The notes under the pieces: model-generated
What the model was told of the DNA's origin: nothing
What the model saw: only the letters and a program-made list of their open reading frames with translations
Database searches by the model: none
Program-made: the position numbers and the translations under genes
NCBI RefSeq assembly: GCF_004010195.1
Contig: NC_057751.1
Span: 10,286,589-10,350,588 of the forward strand
Source: Chiloscyllium plagiosum
Lineage: Eukaryota
DNA: 64,000 bases
Direction of reading: 5' to 3'
Shown here: positions 50,430 through 63,920 of the stretch, one piece after another
How positions within the stretch are numbered: the stretch's first letter is position 1
How the letters are laid out: each line of letters opens with the position of its first letter

Positions 50430-53223
50430 ACAGTTCAGAGACTGCTGCGACAGAGTTTTAGACAGCAGGATGGGCTCACCTTGTTTTGTGCTGACAGAAA
50501 TGCAGCTCTATGCAGTAAGGCTCAGGGTGGAGGTCTGTATGTCTACATCAACACGAAATGGTGCAAAGACTCTATGCTAGTCTCCAGTTACTGCTCATCG
50601 TTGGTAGAATTTGTGACTGTTTAATGCAGACCATTTTATTTGCCCCGGGAATTCACTGCTGTCCTTATAGTTGGGGTGTATATTCCTCCCAGTACTAATG
50701 CTAAGGAGGCACTCTGTGAACTATATGGAGCGATTACCAGCCTGCAGAACACGCACTCTGATAGACTGTTTATTGTTGCTGGAGATTTCAACCATCTGAA
50801 TCTCAAGATTGTGCTCCCTAAATTCCATCAGCAAGTGGACTTTGTGACGAGGAGGGGGGAGCACACTGGATCTGGTTTATACAAACATCCTCAACGCATA
50901 CAGGGCAGAGCAATGGCTACCCTTCGGCTCCTCAGACCATATCTCTGTTATGCTAATCCCAGCATACAGACCACTCGTCAGATGTGTCAAACCGGTTCTG
51001 AAGCCAGTGAAATTCTGGTCGGCAGGAACTATTTTGAGCACACTGACTGGTATGTGTTCAGGGAGGTGGCAACTGATGGCAACTCCATCAACTTGGTGGA
51101 GTACATGGTGTCAGTGATTTGGTATATTAACAAGTACGTTGACGACGTTGCTGTGTCCAAGACCGTCACTTCTTGATCCAACCAGAAGTCGTGGATGACC
51201 GCAAAGGTATGTGCACTGCTGAGGACCTGTGATTCTGTTTTCAGAGCAGATGACCAGGCAGCTCTAACAACAGCAAGGGCCAACCTGACCCGGACCATCA
51301 AAGAGACAAAGGCATGCATACGCACAGACAATACGTGGCCTTTTTCAGGACAGCAGCGTTACACAGAGCATGTGGAAGGGCATCCAGGCCATCACCAACA
51401 ACAGAACAGCATTGTCTGCTTGTACTGGTGATGAGTTGAACAACTTCTTTGCACATTTTGAGGCACAAAAAAAAGACAGCAGTGAGGAAGCTCAACCCCC
51501 CCTCCCAGTGACCAGATGCTGTGTCGAAACATGGCCGACTGTCAGATGCAGACCATTTTATTTGCCACAGGAATTCATCACTGTCCTTATAGTCAGGGTG
51601 TATCTTCCTCCCAGTACTAATGCAAAGGAGGCATCTGTGAACTATATGGGGCAATTAGCAGCCTGCAGAACACACATGAAAGGCTGTTGGACCAGATAAC
51701 ATCCCAGAGTGCTCAGAGGATGCTGTAATGGACTGGTGGATGTTCTCACGGACATCTTCAATATCTCTCTGACCTGCACCATGGTTCCAATATGCTCCAA
51801 AGGTCCCATCCCCATGCCAAAGAAGTCTTCAGCGTCCTGTCTCAACAACACTGCCCCATTGCGCATGAAGTATGTCCCATCATCATGAAGTAGTTCAAGA
51901 GGCTCATGATGAGACATATTAAGAACCTGCTGCCCCTTACTGGTACCCTGCAGTTTGTGTATCATCCCAGCCACTCAATAGATGATGCAATTTCCATCAC
52001 CCACCTAGAGAAGGACACCTACATCAGATTACTGTTCATAGACTTCAGTTCTGCATTTAATAGTATCATTCCTCAGCACCTGATTAGAAAGCTGAATCTG
52101 CTGGGCCTAAATACCTCCCTTTGTAACTGGATCCAGGACTTCCTGACTGGGACTCCTCAGTCAATCTGGATTGGGAAAGCATTTCCAAAACCATCACACT
52201 GTCATGGGTACCCCTTCAGGGCTGGGTGCACAGTCCACTGCTGCTCACACTGCTGACACACGACTGCGTGGCGATGCACAGGTTGAATCACATCATCAAG
52301 TTTGCTGATGACGCGACTGTAGTGGATCTCATCAGCAGGAACGACAAGTCAGCATACAGAGAGGAGGTGCAATGTCTAATGGACTGGTGCAGAGCCAACA
52401 ACCTGTCTCTGAATGTGAATGAAACAAAACCAATGGTTGTTGACTTCAGGAGGGCACAGCAACCACGCTCCACTGGACATCGATGGTTCCCCCGGGGAAA
52501 TCGTGAAGAGCATCAAATTTCTTGGCACCCACCTGGCGGAGAATCTCACCTGGTTCTTCAACACCAGCTCCATAACCAAGAAAGCCTAGTAGTATCTCTA
52601 CGTTCTGTGTGCACTGAGGAAAGCCCATCTCCCACGTCCCCATCCTCACCACGTTCTACAGAAGATTTATTGAGAGTACCCTCTGCAACTGCATCACTTG
52701 GTTCAGGAATTGCACTGTCTCAGATGATAAGACCCTACAATGGATAGTGAGGACAGTTGAGAAGATCACCGGGGTCTCTCTTCCCTCCATTACAGACATT
52801 TGCTGCATCCAAAGAGCATTGCAGAAGCCCCTACTCGCCCCTCACTCAAACCCTTCTCCTTCCTGCCATCTGGCAGAAGAAACTGGAGCATTTGGTCTGT
52901 CATGGCCAGACTGAGCAACGGTTTCTTCCCCCAAGCCATCAAGCTCCTTAACACTGTATGATCGGGCTCTTTTCCATCTGAAATTTTTTACACGACTTCA
53001 AATTGCTGCTCGAGCAATGTCTTATTAATTATCATTCTTTTATTACACTGTAATTTGCGTGTTTTGCACTTCTTGTGCACTTTATGCCACCCTTTGTATG
53101 ATCATGTATTTTGTGCTGTCCATGTAGCACCTTGGTCCTGGAGGAACGCTGTCTCGTTTTTTACTGTATCAGTTGTATAAGGTTGAAATGACAAATAAAA
53201 GCTACTTTGTTCTTAAAAAAAAA
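50430..53223 (+). mobile_element. Rex1/Babar-type LINE, near-complete ORF with frameshifts
   Basis: [64 protein letters not shown] followed by an A-tail at 53194-53223. Confidence 0.85.
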
Positions 53224-55104
53224 TGTCACTCTGCAGTCGTGATGGAGACGACAAATGATTATTTTAGATGTTAATCAAGCTAATATGTAGGAGTTTTTGT
53301 TCAAATTCTCCAGTCCTGGGAGCATAAATTTTGAGAACATACCAGTCTCTAAAATTCATTGTGATATATTGCTAATCTGAAATTATTGCAGGAAATTGTT
53401 CCTTTAAACTGTTTGCATTGTGAGTTACAAAGAGTGCTGTGGTTCAGCTTTTGTGCAGTTGGATCTCAGTGGGATTGCTGATGTAGCATGCTGGAAGTTG
53501 TCAATGTTCGAGACTTGCAAACCACAAAATTAACATCCATATTCGAATTGAAGCAAGTATTTTTTTGTTGCAGTCAGTTGGATGCAGTTTTCTATAGAAT
53601 AATGTAGTGTGACAGTCAGCACAGCGACAGAAAATAAAAAAGGGCATGCAATGAGTTTTTCCTTTTTTTTCTGAGGTTATATTGCAACTTAAGTACTTAT
53701 TTTTGCAGTTTAGTGTGAATTTTACAATAGTTTAGCTGCTCATGACATTCTTTTGAATAAGAAACACAACAAAGGGTTTAAAAATTGGTCAATCTTGGAT
53801 GACAGTAATTTCCCATGACCTTCAAGAAGCCTAAGGGTTAAGTTCATGTTCAGCTATTTGTTATTTATTTTAGCTTTAAGTTAATAGTAATTGCTCAAAT
53901 ATACAAGGGTTCATCAACCGAAGTGTCAGTCCAGGGAGCTTTGGACTGGTTTATTTCCTTGAGACTTCATACAATCTTAGATATTTATCATGCGTATTGA
54001 ATTTCCTAATTCCAGCAACTGTAGTGAATATTTCTACTTCATAGAGGAGATTGAAAACTTCATCTGGCTGTCTAAGTTTTGATTTTATTATCTCTAAACA
54101 AATAAACTGAACATTTCCCATGCAACAGTAGAAAGTGAAGTCCTCCGTTGTATGGCATATATTTTTGATCACCCTCTTAAACTGAACCTTCCTTGGTTCT
54201 TGGAAGTTTTTACAGTTAATAATTTGAGGATTTGAGAGGCCTCTGCTATAGTGCCTTGTACTGTGATTGCCTGCTGTTCTGCACGGTTGTGATGGAGCAA
54301 ATCTGCTTGAATGCAAAATTACAGTGCAAGATCATGGACCTCATCACAGAACAGCACTCAGAACAACACTTCCACCACATCTACTGCCACTATCAAAGAA
54401 ATCAACTCGTGGTCTTCAGAAGTGAACCTAGATTGTGTCATTAAGGCTTGCATTAAGAGCAATGCCAATATGCCAGAATTAAATAAGGTCCACCTGGAGG
54501 GGAAGCTAACTGTAGTCAAGCACCCCTTGGCCGTAAAATTCAGAAAATAATGACAGACTTTAGGTTGGGCAGCAAGTGCTGAACAATCCCAGGTGAATTG
54601 AGTGTGACGCTGAAAACCAATTAATCAGTCAGGCTTGCAATATAAATCATTTAGCCTTGCTACAAACCATGTGTACTCAGATGTAGGGCCCTATTGCTGC
54701 AAGAAGAGAGAATGTGCACAGGATTGTTCCTCTTTTAATTAAATTCAAGGATGGTAAATAAGAATTCCCTGACACATTTTACACAGCCATCAGAGTTGAC
54801 TGGCTAATCAGTTCATATCTTTTTTGCGTTAAATATAAAAACTCACTTGCTATGAAATTGATATCCTTGGTGCTAATGAGTACAAGACAAAAACCTTCAA
54901 CCCCAACTGGAATTTCCATTTTGGACTGCAAGGATTGCCTTTGGTAACTTCAGTGGTATCACATCGACAATGTCTCATGATGACTTTATTGGATGGATAA
55001 TTTGCTTTTCAGCATATTTTATACACAAGTGAATTTGATTCTGACATAAATGACAAATCATGTGCAGCTGGGAGGCAGAAGTACTTTCCACGTTTGAAGA
55101 TACT

Positions 55105-55881
55105 GGTATCAGATTTCAAGAACCCCTCTGCTAATTAAAACTCGCACCCAGAACTCACCTTGCAATCTGCTAAAAAAGTGAGTGAGTAAAAGAAAACCAC
55201 TGATTTCTACTGTTTCAAGAAAAAATAATTTATTTTCCTAACTCAAACAGTGAACACTAAATAAAAACTATAAACAACTCCAAGCCCCTTTTTTCTGAAG
55301 TAATCACCATCTGGCCCAAACTCTATTAAAATGCTACTCCAATAACACAATTACTAAACATTGAATTAACTTAATCTCTCAAAGTCCATACAGTCTCTTA
55401 TGCTGTCTCCCTATCATCTTCTGAATCTGCTGTTTTTCCCAGGCCATCTTCACATTTTACTGTTGTTACTGGAAAAGGTACCATTGATTGAGCGTGCCTT
55501 CTGAGAAATTTCTTTGAGAGCTCCTTCAGAATATTATGCTCTCCAGTTCATTGGGCAGTTAGCTCTGACTAATTTTTGAATAGCCCTTCCTTTTAAAGCT
55601 CCAAGACTCGTACCTTCCCATTAGTCCAACGTTGCCAATACAGTCAAAATTCAAATTCAATTAGGTTTTGGTGTCCTGGGCATAATTTAATTTAATTGCT
55701 TAAATTCAAATCCAGTTGTTTAAACATCAAAAGACAACTCCAAGTTGATTGTTACATCTTATCAATTCTCTGCAGTCTCTGCACCTGTCAGCTAGTCACA
55801 GACACACGTATTGTCACCATCTCTCTAATCAGAAAGGCATCTCTTTCTAAAGTGACCAAACTGTCTTTCAACTTTGTAACA
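55105..55881 (-). mobile_element. Solo LTR related to 7801-8564 and 10468-15553
   Basis: Ends TGTAACA (reverse complement TGTTACA); aacccctctgctaattaaaac is the reverse complement of the shared LTR 3' motif. Confidence 0.55.
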
Positions 55882-55999
55882 TTTACTGAGGTGGAGTAAA
55901 TATGAGTAGTGCTGCAGAGGTGGAAGTAGTCAGTTTTTATAATCAAGAGGATATGAGCACTAAATCTTAATTCATATTGAACTTGATATCAGGCAAGGA

Positions 56000-57890
56000 G
56001 GTAGTTGTTGAGAGAGGGAGCCATGGTTTAGGAAAGAGGTTGAAGCTCTTTGTCAAGAGGCAGAAGAAGGCTTATGTGAGAATGAGGTGTGAAGGCTCAG
56101 TTTGGGGGATTGAGAGTTGTAAGTTAGCCAGAAAAGATGAAAAGAGAGGGCTAATAAGAGCCAGGAGGGAACATGAGAAGTTGTTGACGGATCAAGGAAA
56201 ACCCTAAGGCCTTCTATAGGTATACCAGGAATAAAAGAATGACTCGAGTAAGATTAAGGCCAAACAAAGACAGCAGTGGAGAGTTGTGTGTGGATCCTGA
56301 GGACATAGGGGAAGTGCTTAATGAGTACTTTTCATCAGTATTCACATTGGAAAAGAGCAATGTTAGTGAGAAGACAGAGATACCGGCCACAAGATTAGAT
56401 GGGATTGAGGTTGACAAAGAGGAGGTTTTAGCAATTTTGGAAGATCTGAATATAGATAAGACCCCTGGGCCAGATGGGAGTTATCCTCAGATTCTCTGGG
56501 AAGCCAAGGAGAAGATTACAGAGCCTTTAGCTTTGATCTTTATGTCATCATTACTGACAGGAGAAGTGCCAGATGATTGGAGGATAGCAAATGTTGTTCC
56601 CTTATGAAGGGGAGTCGGGCCAACCCTGATAATTATAGGCCACTGAGCCTTTGGTTGGAAAAGGTTATTAGAGATAGGATTTATAATCATCTGGAAAGGA
56701 ATAATGGTTTTGTGAAGGGTAGGTTGTGCCTCACTAACCTTATTGAGTTCTTTGAGAAGGTGACAAAACAGATGGATAAAGGTAAGGCAGTTGATGTGGT
56801 GTATGGACTTCAGTAAGGCATTTGATAAGGCTCCACAGAGTAGGCTATTGCACAAAATATGGAGTTTTGGGATTGAATGTGATTTAGTGGTCTGGATCAG
56901 AAATTGGCTACATGAAAGAAGACAGAGGGTGGTGGTTGATGGAAAATGTTCATCTTGGAGCTCAGTTACCAGTGGTGTGCCACAAGGATCTGTTTTAGGG
57001 CCATTGCTGTTTGTCATTTTTATAAATGATCTGGATGTGGATGGAGAAGTTTGGGTTAGTGAATTTGCAGATGACAGTAAGGAAGACAGAGTTGTGGATA
57101 GTGTCAAGGGATGTTGTGGGTTTAGAGGGATATAGATAAGATGCAGACCTGGGCTGAGAAGTGGCAAATGGAGTTTAATGTGAAGAAGTGTGAGGTAGTT
57201 CACATCAGAAGAAGTAACAGGAATGCAGAGTACTGGGCTAATGGTAAAATAAATGGCAGTGCAGATGAACAGAGAGATCTTGATGTACTGGTGCATAAAT
57301 CCCTGAAAGTTGGCACCAAGGTTGATAGGGTTATTAAGAAGTTATATGGTGTGTTGGCGTTTATTGGTCAGGGGATTGAGTTTCGGAGCCATGAGGTCAT
57401 GCTTCAGCCGTACAAGACACTGGTAAGGCCGCACCTGGAGTATTGCATGCAGTTCTGGTCACCGCATTACAGGAAGGATGTGGAATCTTTGAAAAGGGTT
57501 CAGAAAGAGATTTACTGGGATGTTGCCATATATGGAAGGAAGGTCTTACGAGGAAAGGCTGCGGGAACTGAGGCTGTTTTCATTGGAGAGGAGAAAGTTG
57601 AGAGGTGACTTAATCAAGATGTATAAGATAATCAGACGGTTAGATAGGGTGGACAGTGAGAGTCTTTTTCCTCAGATGTTGAAGGTGAACACAAGGGGTG
57701 ATAGATTTAGGATAGATATCGGGTAGTTTCTTTACTCCGAGCATCGTAGGGGCATGGAATGGCCTGCCTGCAACAGTAGTAGACTTGCCAACTTTAAGGG
57801 CATTTTGGTGCAGGTTAGATTTCTCGGGTCAATGCAGCATCGAGGGCCAAAGGACCTCGAAGGTGCTGTAACGTTCTATGTTCTATGTCT
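56000..57890 (+). mobile_element. CR1 ORF2 (RT) with 3' tail
   Basis: [57 protein letters not shown]; (TTCTATG)n tail. Confidence 0.9.
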
Positions 57891-58116
57891 CTGTTCTGTG
57901 TAATAAGTAGCCTTCAGCCTGACACACTGACCAGAGGACGTGTCCTATTTCAGAAAGCCAATTAGTAAAATCTCTCCTCCATCTTGCATTTAGTTAAAGA
58001 GTGAAGCATAACAGTATACACCTCCTCTCACAACCTTCTAGTTTCACTTATTGTCACTTGCAAATTTACTCTGAAAATGGAGAGACTGAGACAGATAATG
58101 ATCCTGTCTTTGTAGG

Positions 58117-60450
58117 TGTAGTGATTGATACCAAGGTTCCAGATTGAGGTTGTTAACCTCGGCCAATCATGACAGCATTGGCTGGCCGATATAATTTGAA
58201 TGAAGCCCATGGATTTCCAACAAAAATATGACCAGGACAATTAGAATCTCCTCAGTTCAAAGGGCTGACTCTGAGCTGGCTGGCCACACAACGAGTGTAT
58301 ACTGCTGGAGAACTGATTTCTGTACGGCTGGGCTATAGCCAGTCTGTTATTGTTGGGTTCTTTTTTGAGACCTGATTGCTGAAAAATAAAACCAGGAGAT
58401 TAGAATCTCTTCAGTTGAGGACTGACTCTGTGTTGGCTAGAGTCGGTGTTTTACTGTTGGCTTCTGTTTTTTTTTGGTGGGGGGAGCAACATGATTCCTG
58501 AACTGGCTGAATTATTTAGCCAGTTTGTTAATTGGTATTCCTTCTTTATTGAGAACTGATTTTGAAACTGCCTGATGCACACAGTCAAGGTGTTTCAGGT
58601 GTAACTCAGTTCTCATTTGGGGATTGTTGTTTCACTGACTGGTTACAGCCTGTGTGTTACTCTTTTCTCCTTTGAGAAAAGGACAATGTTAATTTTGTGG
58701 CGGGACTTGGCCCTTGCACTCGAGTTTTCTTTTTTTGTGTGTCTGTGTCTTCACTGTTTTTTGGTGTTTAGACTGAGCCCTTGTGAGAAAATACATCATA
58801 CCAGATGAGCTGTTCCTGTGGGAACGCCTAGCCCTGGGACTGAGCCTCTGGAAAGCCTGAGCACCTGTGTGTGTGCTGATTGGTGAGCACTTGCTACATC
58901 CTGGAGTTTGGGAGTGGACCAAACCCCTGTGAGAACCTGAAGGTGGGTAGGCCACCCTGATGCCGGTCACCTTGAGAGCTCAAAGGTGGGTAGACCATTC
59001 TGAGCGCTGTCGTCTCAAGAAGGGGTGATCAGGATGGGCTGTTCTCGAGGTGGTTGGAAGGTGCTTAGGGGCAGGCCGAGATCCGGAAGGCTTGTGAGCT
59101 GCTCTAGGGAAGGGGACGGGTTGTCCAAGTGGTGGCCAGAAGGTGTCAGGGTGGACTGAGAACTTGAAGGGGCTTGGAGTGGACCGACAGCTGGAAGGGC
59201 TGCCCTAGAATAGCCGGAAGGTGGGAGGGATGGGTGGTGTGCTGCGGGTCTGTACTTTATGCACTGTTTTTCTGAAATTGGACTGTCTTATAAGTACAAA
59301 TGTTATTGTTACTGTTTTGTAATGATTGAAAATGGGATTTGAGGTTTGTCTCATATCCCTGAAAACTGGTTGAATGGTAGGGTTTGGGGCCTGGCTTGCT
59401 GCTCCTCTCCCTTGTAAAATTGCTGTTTCTCTGTATACAGCTGTTAATGTTAATTGTTTTGTAAACTGTGTTTTGTTTAATAAAATTTTTAAAAAAACAC
59501 ACAGCCAGTGTGTACTGCGGGATAACTGATTTCTGTGCTGGCTGAGCTATAACCAGTCTGTTATTGTTGGGTTCCTTTTTGAGACCTGATTGCTGAAAAG
59601 TAAAACCAGGAGATCAGAATCTCTTCAGTCGAGGACTGACTCTGAGCGTGCTGGCCACACCTGATGTACTGTGCACTAATAAATAGAGTGACTTGGTGAT
59701 GGGATGCCAGCCTATGTGTGGTTATTTCAGTGCTGACAAGAGAAAACAGGGCATGACTGAAGAATATTCAGTTGCTACATTCATCTTGCTGTTTTGAAGC
59801 TTGTCTCATTTCACCCTGCTGTTGAAGACTGGAAAGAATGTGATATTTTTGCTGGGAAATGTCATTGGGGCAGGTGAGTAATCATTCTGATTGTGTGTGG
59901 ACTGACAGCACTTCAGACACTAAAACCTTCCAAGAGTTGGTTAAGGAATATTATGACTCCAAAGTTGTTGTAATCTTGACGCTATTGGCTTTATTCGGCT
60001 GTTAGAGAACTGGGGGAAGCCATAACTGGATTTTTGATGAGGTTACAATGAATGGCAGAGGCATGTGGTTTTGGGTTAACTCTGAATGAGATGCTGAGAG
60101 ACTGTGTTTGTTTGATATATGGGATTAATAATGTAACCACACAGAAGTTTCTACTAGCTGAAGTCCAACTGTATTTCAAGCAGGCCCTGCAGCTGGTCCC
60201 TATCAATGAGCTTGGAAGGTCCAAGTCCCGTTTCCACCTGCTCCGGAAGCATGTTGTAACATATTTGCACAGTTTGAAAAATGTGTGTACAGAAATTTAG
60301 ACTGGGACATGACAATACTTTCTTTGATTCATGAGCTGAGTTTGCAATGCAAAACTGAATTGTTAAAAATAGTAAAGTAGTTTGCAGTGAAAAGTAGCAA
60401 ACCAAATCTTAGAGGAGTCTGAGCAAAATGGTCCAGGTCTGATATGTGTT
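58117..60450 (+). mobile_element. Gypsy-type LTR (58117-59729, with an internal insert), degenerate PBS and gag remnant
   Basis: TGTAGTG...TTATTTCA followed by gtgctgacaagag (compare the TGGCGACGAG-type PBS). Gag-like AEACGFGLTLNEMLRDCVC at 60052-60120. Confidence 0.65.
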
Positions 60451-60561
60451 GCAGAATTGGAAAAGAAGTCCAGCAAGGCCTTTTTAACATAGGGAGCACC
60501 TCACTGTTTCATTTACGCCTTTCACAACCAGTGTGGAGAGTTTCTCGCAAGACAGCAGCAA

Positions 60562-61440
60562 AGGTTACCTCAGATTACAATGGGATCTTGATGAGATGGG
60601 TCAATGGGTTGAGAAGTGGCAGATGTAGTTTAATTTAGATAAATGTGAGGTGCTGCATTTTGGGAAAGCAAATCCTAGCAGAACTTGCACACTTAATGAT
60701 CAGATCCTAGGGAATGTTGCTGCACAAAGAGACCTTGGAGTGTAGGTTTATAGTTCCTTGCAAATGCAGTCATAGGTAGATAGGATAGTGAAGAAGGCAT
60801 TTAATATGCTTTCATTTATTGGTCAGAGTATTGAGTACAGGAGTTGGGAGGTCATTGTTGCGGCTGGACAGGATATTGGTGAGACCACTGTTGGAATATT
60901 GCATGCAATTCTGGTTTCCTTCCTATCGGAAGGATGTTGTGAAACTTGAAAGGGTTCAGAAAAGATTTATAAGGGTGTTGTCAGGGTTGGCGGATTTGAG
61001 CTATAGGGAAAGGTTGAATAGGCTGGGGCTGTTTTCCCTGGAGCGTCGAAGGCTGAGGGGTGATCTTATAAAGGTTTGCAAAATTATGAGGGGCATGGAT
61101 AGGATAAATAGACAAAGTCTTTTCCCTGGGATTGGGGAGTCCAGAACTAGAGGGCATAGGTTTAGGGTGAGAGGGGAAAGATATAAAAGAGACTTAAGGG
61201 ACAAGGTTTTCACACAGAGGGTGGTGCGTGTGTGGAATGAGCTGCCAGAGGGAAGTGATGGGGACTGGTACAATTGCAACATAGGCCTATCCAGATGCCT
61301 TTCCTATGAATAGGATGGGTTTGGAGAGATATGGGCCAGGTGCTGGCAGGTGGGACTAGATTGGGTTGGGATATCTGGTTGGCATGGACGAGTTGGACCA
61401 AAGGGTCTGTTTCCGTGCTGTACATCTCTATGACTATGAC
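60562..61440 (+). mobile_element. 5'-truncated CR1 with tail
   Basis: LVRPLLEYCMQFWFPSYRKD..LERRRLRGDL..TRGH..FTQRVVRVWNELP; ctatgactatgac tail. Confidence 0.9.
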
Positions 61441-63034
61441 GATTAGCAGATAAGCACTATCTATTGAATGCTTTATTAATGGTCAGCTCAGTTCATTAGT
61501 TTTCAGCTTCCATCTTATGAAACTTACCAACCAATCTACATATTGAGTGAACTTGGACATAGAAACCAGAGCTTGTACGTGGCACAGTCACCTCACTGTT
61601 CACTCCAAATGACCCTCATGCCAACAACTAAACGGCAGACCAGCCACAATCTGCAGGCACCAGCCACATGGGCCCTTCCTCCACGGACAAAGGCATGTGG
61701 CATCCAGCATCCTTCATGACCATCCTTGCAATTCTTTGCACTGACAGTGAACCATTAAAACGTAAACTTGCACTACAAGGGGCACCCAGCAATCGACAAT
61801 GAGAAGTTACTCCAAGCACACTTTGCATACAGGGATGGGCACCAAGCTCATAGGTCTCAGGGATACTCACTTGCTCTCTAAGCAGTCATCCATTTTGTGC
61901 CTCTATGCATGCAGTGGACATGCTTTGTTATTAGCACAGACGTGCAACCAGGCAGCTTATGTTGTTGCTGAACAGTTGCTCTCCAAGGAATGCTCATCTC
62001 ACTAGGTGCTACATCCATCTCTCATCTGCACCATGTGCCAACAGCTTACTGCATAGAGAGCAGTCAGCCATGTATCAGAAAATCTTAGGCCTGAATTATG
62101 CAGATTTTTTTGGCGAAGGCCAAGTTGCAATCAAATTTTTGGAACAATTCTTCCTGCAAGTTCAAGTGAGTTCTCTTGCTTTGTCTTAACAAATTGCCTC
62201 ATTAATTATCTACCCTGACACTATGACATCTCTCAAGCCTGATTTCCACCCATCTGACCATATTTCCATAACGATTTCCTACTTCTCGAATCTTAGAATT
62301 CACAAGTATCCCTTGTGACCACACCATCTTTGAAAGCCTGTTATGAATCCAGATGAGCACTGTCATTCCAGAGTTGCTGTACACCATTCCTGACATTTGC
62401 CCAGAAATAGCAGACAGGAATCAGCAACCCTTTTGCAGGAAGGTACCTGAACATCCTGTAAGACTTGGTAATACACAGGCAGACTTTCTCTTTTGCCAGG
62501 ACCAGAATTAGAGGCAGCTACCCTTGTCCATGCCAGCCTGATCTGAGGTACCATCTGGGTGAAAGCAGTCTCAGTTATCTGGAGGAATGCTCAGCACTGT
62601 TGGAGTACGGTCTTTGTCCTTCTCCACTCTGCCAGGGTAAGGTCCACCATGTTGTCTCTGATACTTCACCTCCAATTGAGGTTGTAGTAAATCCTGTTAA
62701 ATAAACTAAAGGCAGCGTGAGTATTACTCTCTGCACTTAACAGCTGTGGAAGAGAGTGCGCACGAGAGAAACAGCACGGTTTTGTTTTACAACACTGTGC
62801 TCTGCATTTAATTTATAGGTTACAATGAGAATTAAGTGTAGTTTGAAAGACACACTAGCAGACTTGGTCCAAACATAGACAAAGAGATGAGATGAACATG
62901 CCTTTCATTACAAGGCAGCTTAAACTGACTATGGCATCAAGCACCCAGCAAAATAAGGGTGAAAAGGAAACCTCTCTGCTGGTTAGGATTCATTCTAAAC
63001 ACAAAGGAAATTGGTAGGTCGTGGTTCTTGAAGG

Positions 63035-63248
63035 AGAAAGTGAGGACTGCAGATGCTGGAGATCAGAGCTGAAAATGTGTTGCTGGAAAAGCGCAGCAGG
63101 TCAGGCAGCATCCAAGGAACAGGAGAATCAACGTTTCGGGCATGAGCCCTTCTTCAGGAGAAGGAGGGCTTATGCCCGAAACGTTGATTCTCCTGTTCCT
63201 TGGATGCTGCCTGACCTGCTGCGCTTTTCCAGCAACACATTTTCAGCT
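63035..63248. mobile_element. Penelope-like palindromic mini-insertion with a perfect 14-bp TSD
   Basis: GTGGTTCTTGAAGG at 63021-63034 and 63249-63262. Arms of about 83 bp (63067-63149 and 63165-63248). Minus-strand hammerhead CUGAAGA-A-GGGC-UCAU-GCCC-GAAA-CGUU. Confidence 0.9.
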
Positions 63249-63920
63249 GTGGTTCTTGAAGGTCAGCCATCTCAGTTCAAGATCATCAATGCAGACATTC
63301 TTCAGCATTGTGTCCTTCAATCTTCAGCTACTTCATCGATGACCTGCTCTCCAGAAGTGGGGATATTTGTTAATGAATGCACAAGGTTCAGGACTTTTTG
63401 CAACTACTCAGATATATCAGCAATCCATGTTCAGATGCATCAAGACAGGGCAGTGTTCAAGTTTAGGCTGACAAATGCCAAGCAGCATTCATGCCATACA
63501 AATGCAAGATGTTTGTTCGCAATAAGTCATAATTAAACTATCTCTCCTTGACATTCAGCAGTTTTATATCACTGAATCTCTGACTACCCTGGGGGTTACC
63601 CAAAACCAGAAGCTGAACCTGACCAGCCAGATAAATAATGTGGTTGCAAATAAGTCAAAGGATTGGGACTCTATGGTGTATAACTCACCTCCTGCCTCCC
63701 CAAATCCTGTCCACCATTGACAAGCCTCAAGTCAAGAATATGACTTGTGTAATTGAGTGCAGTTCCACTGACGCTGGAGAACAGAAGATGCCACCCGAAA
63801 CAATGCAGTATCCTTGATCGACACCCATCCACCACCTTCAACATTCACTTCCTTCACTACTGATATACAGTGAGCAATATCTACAATGTGCACTGACATA
63901 CTTGCCCAGCATTTCCCAAA

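Noticed and set aside
53951..54316. 121-aa minus-strand ORF in unique sequence
   Set aside because: No recognisable motif, no convincing splice signals and no partner exons.
56487..57296. 269-aa minus-strand ORF
   Set aside because: Antisense shadow of CR1 RT.
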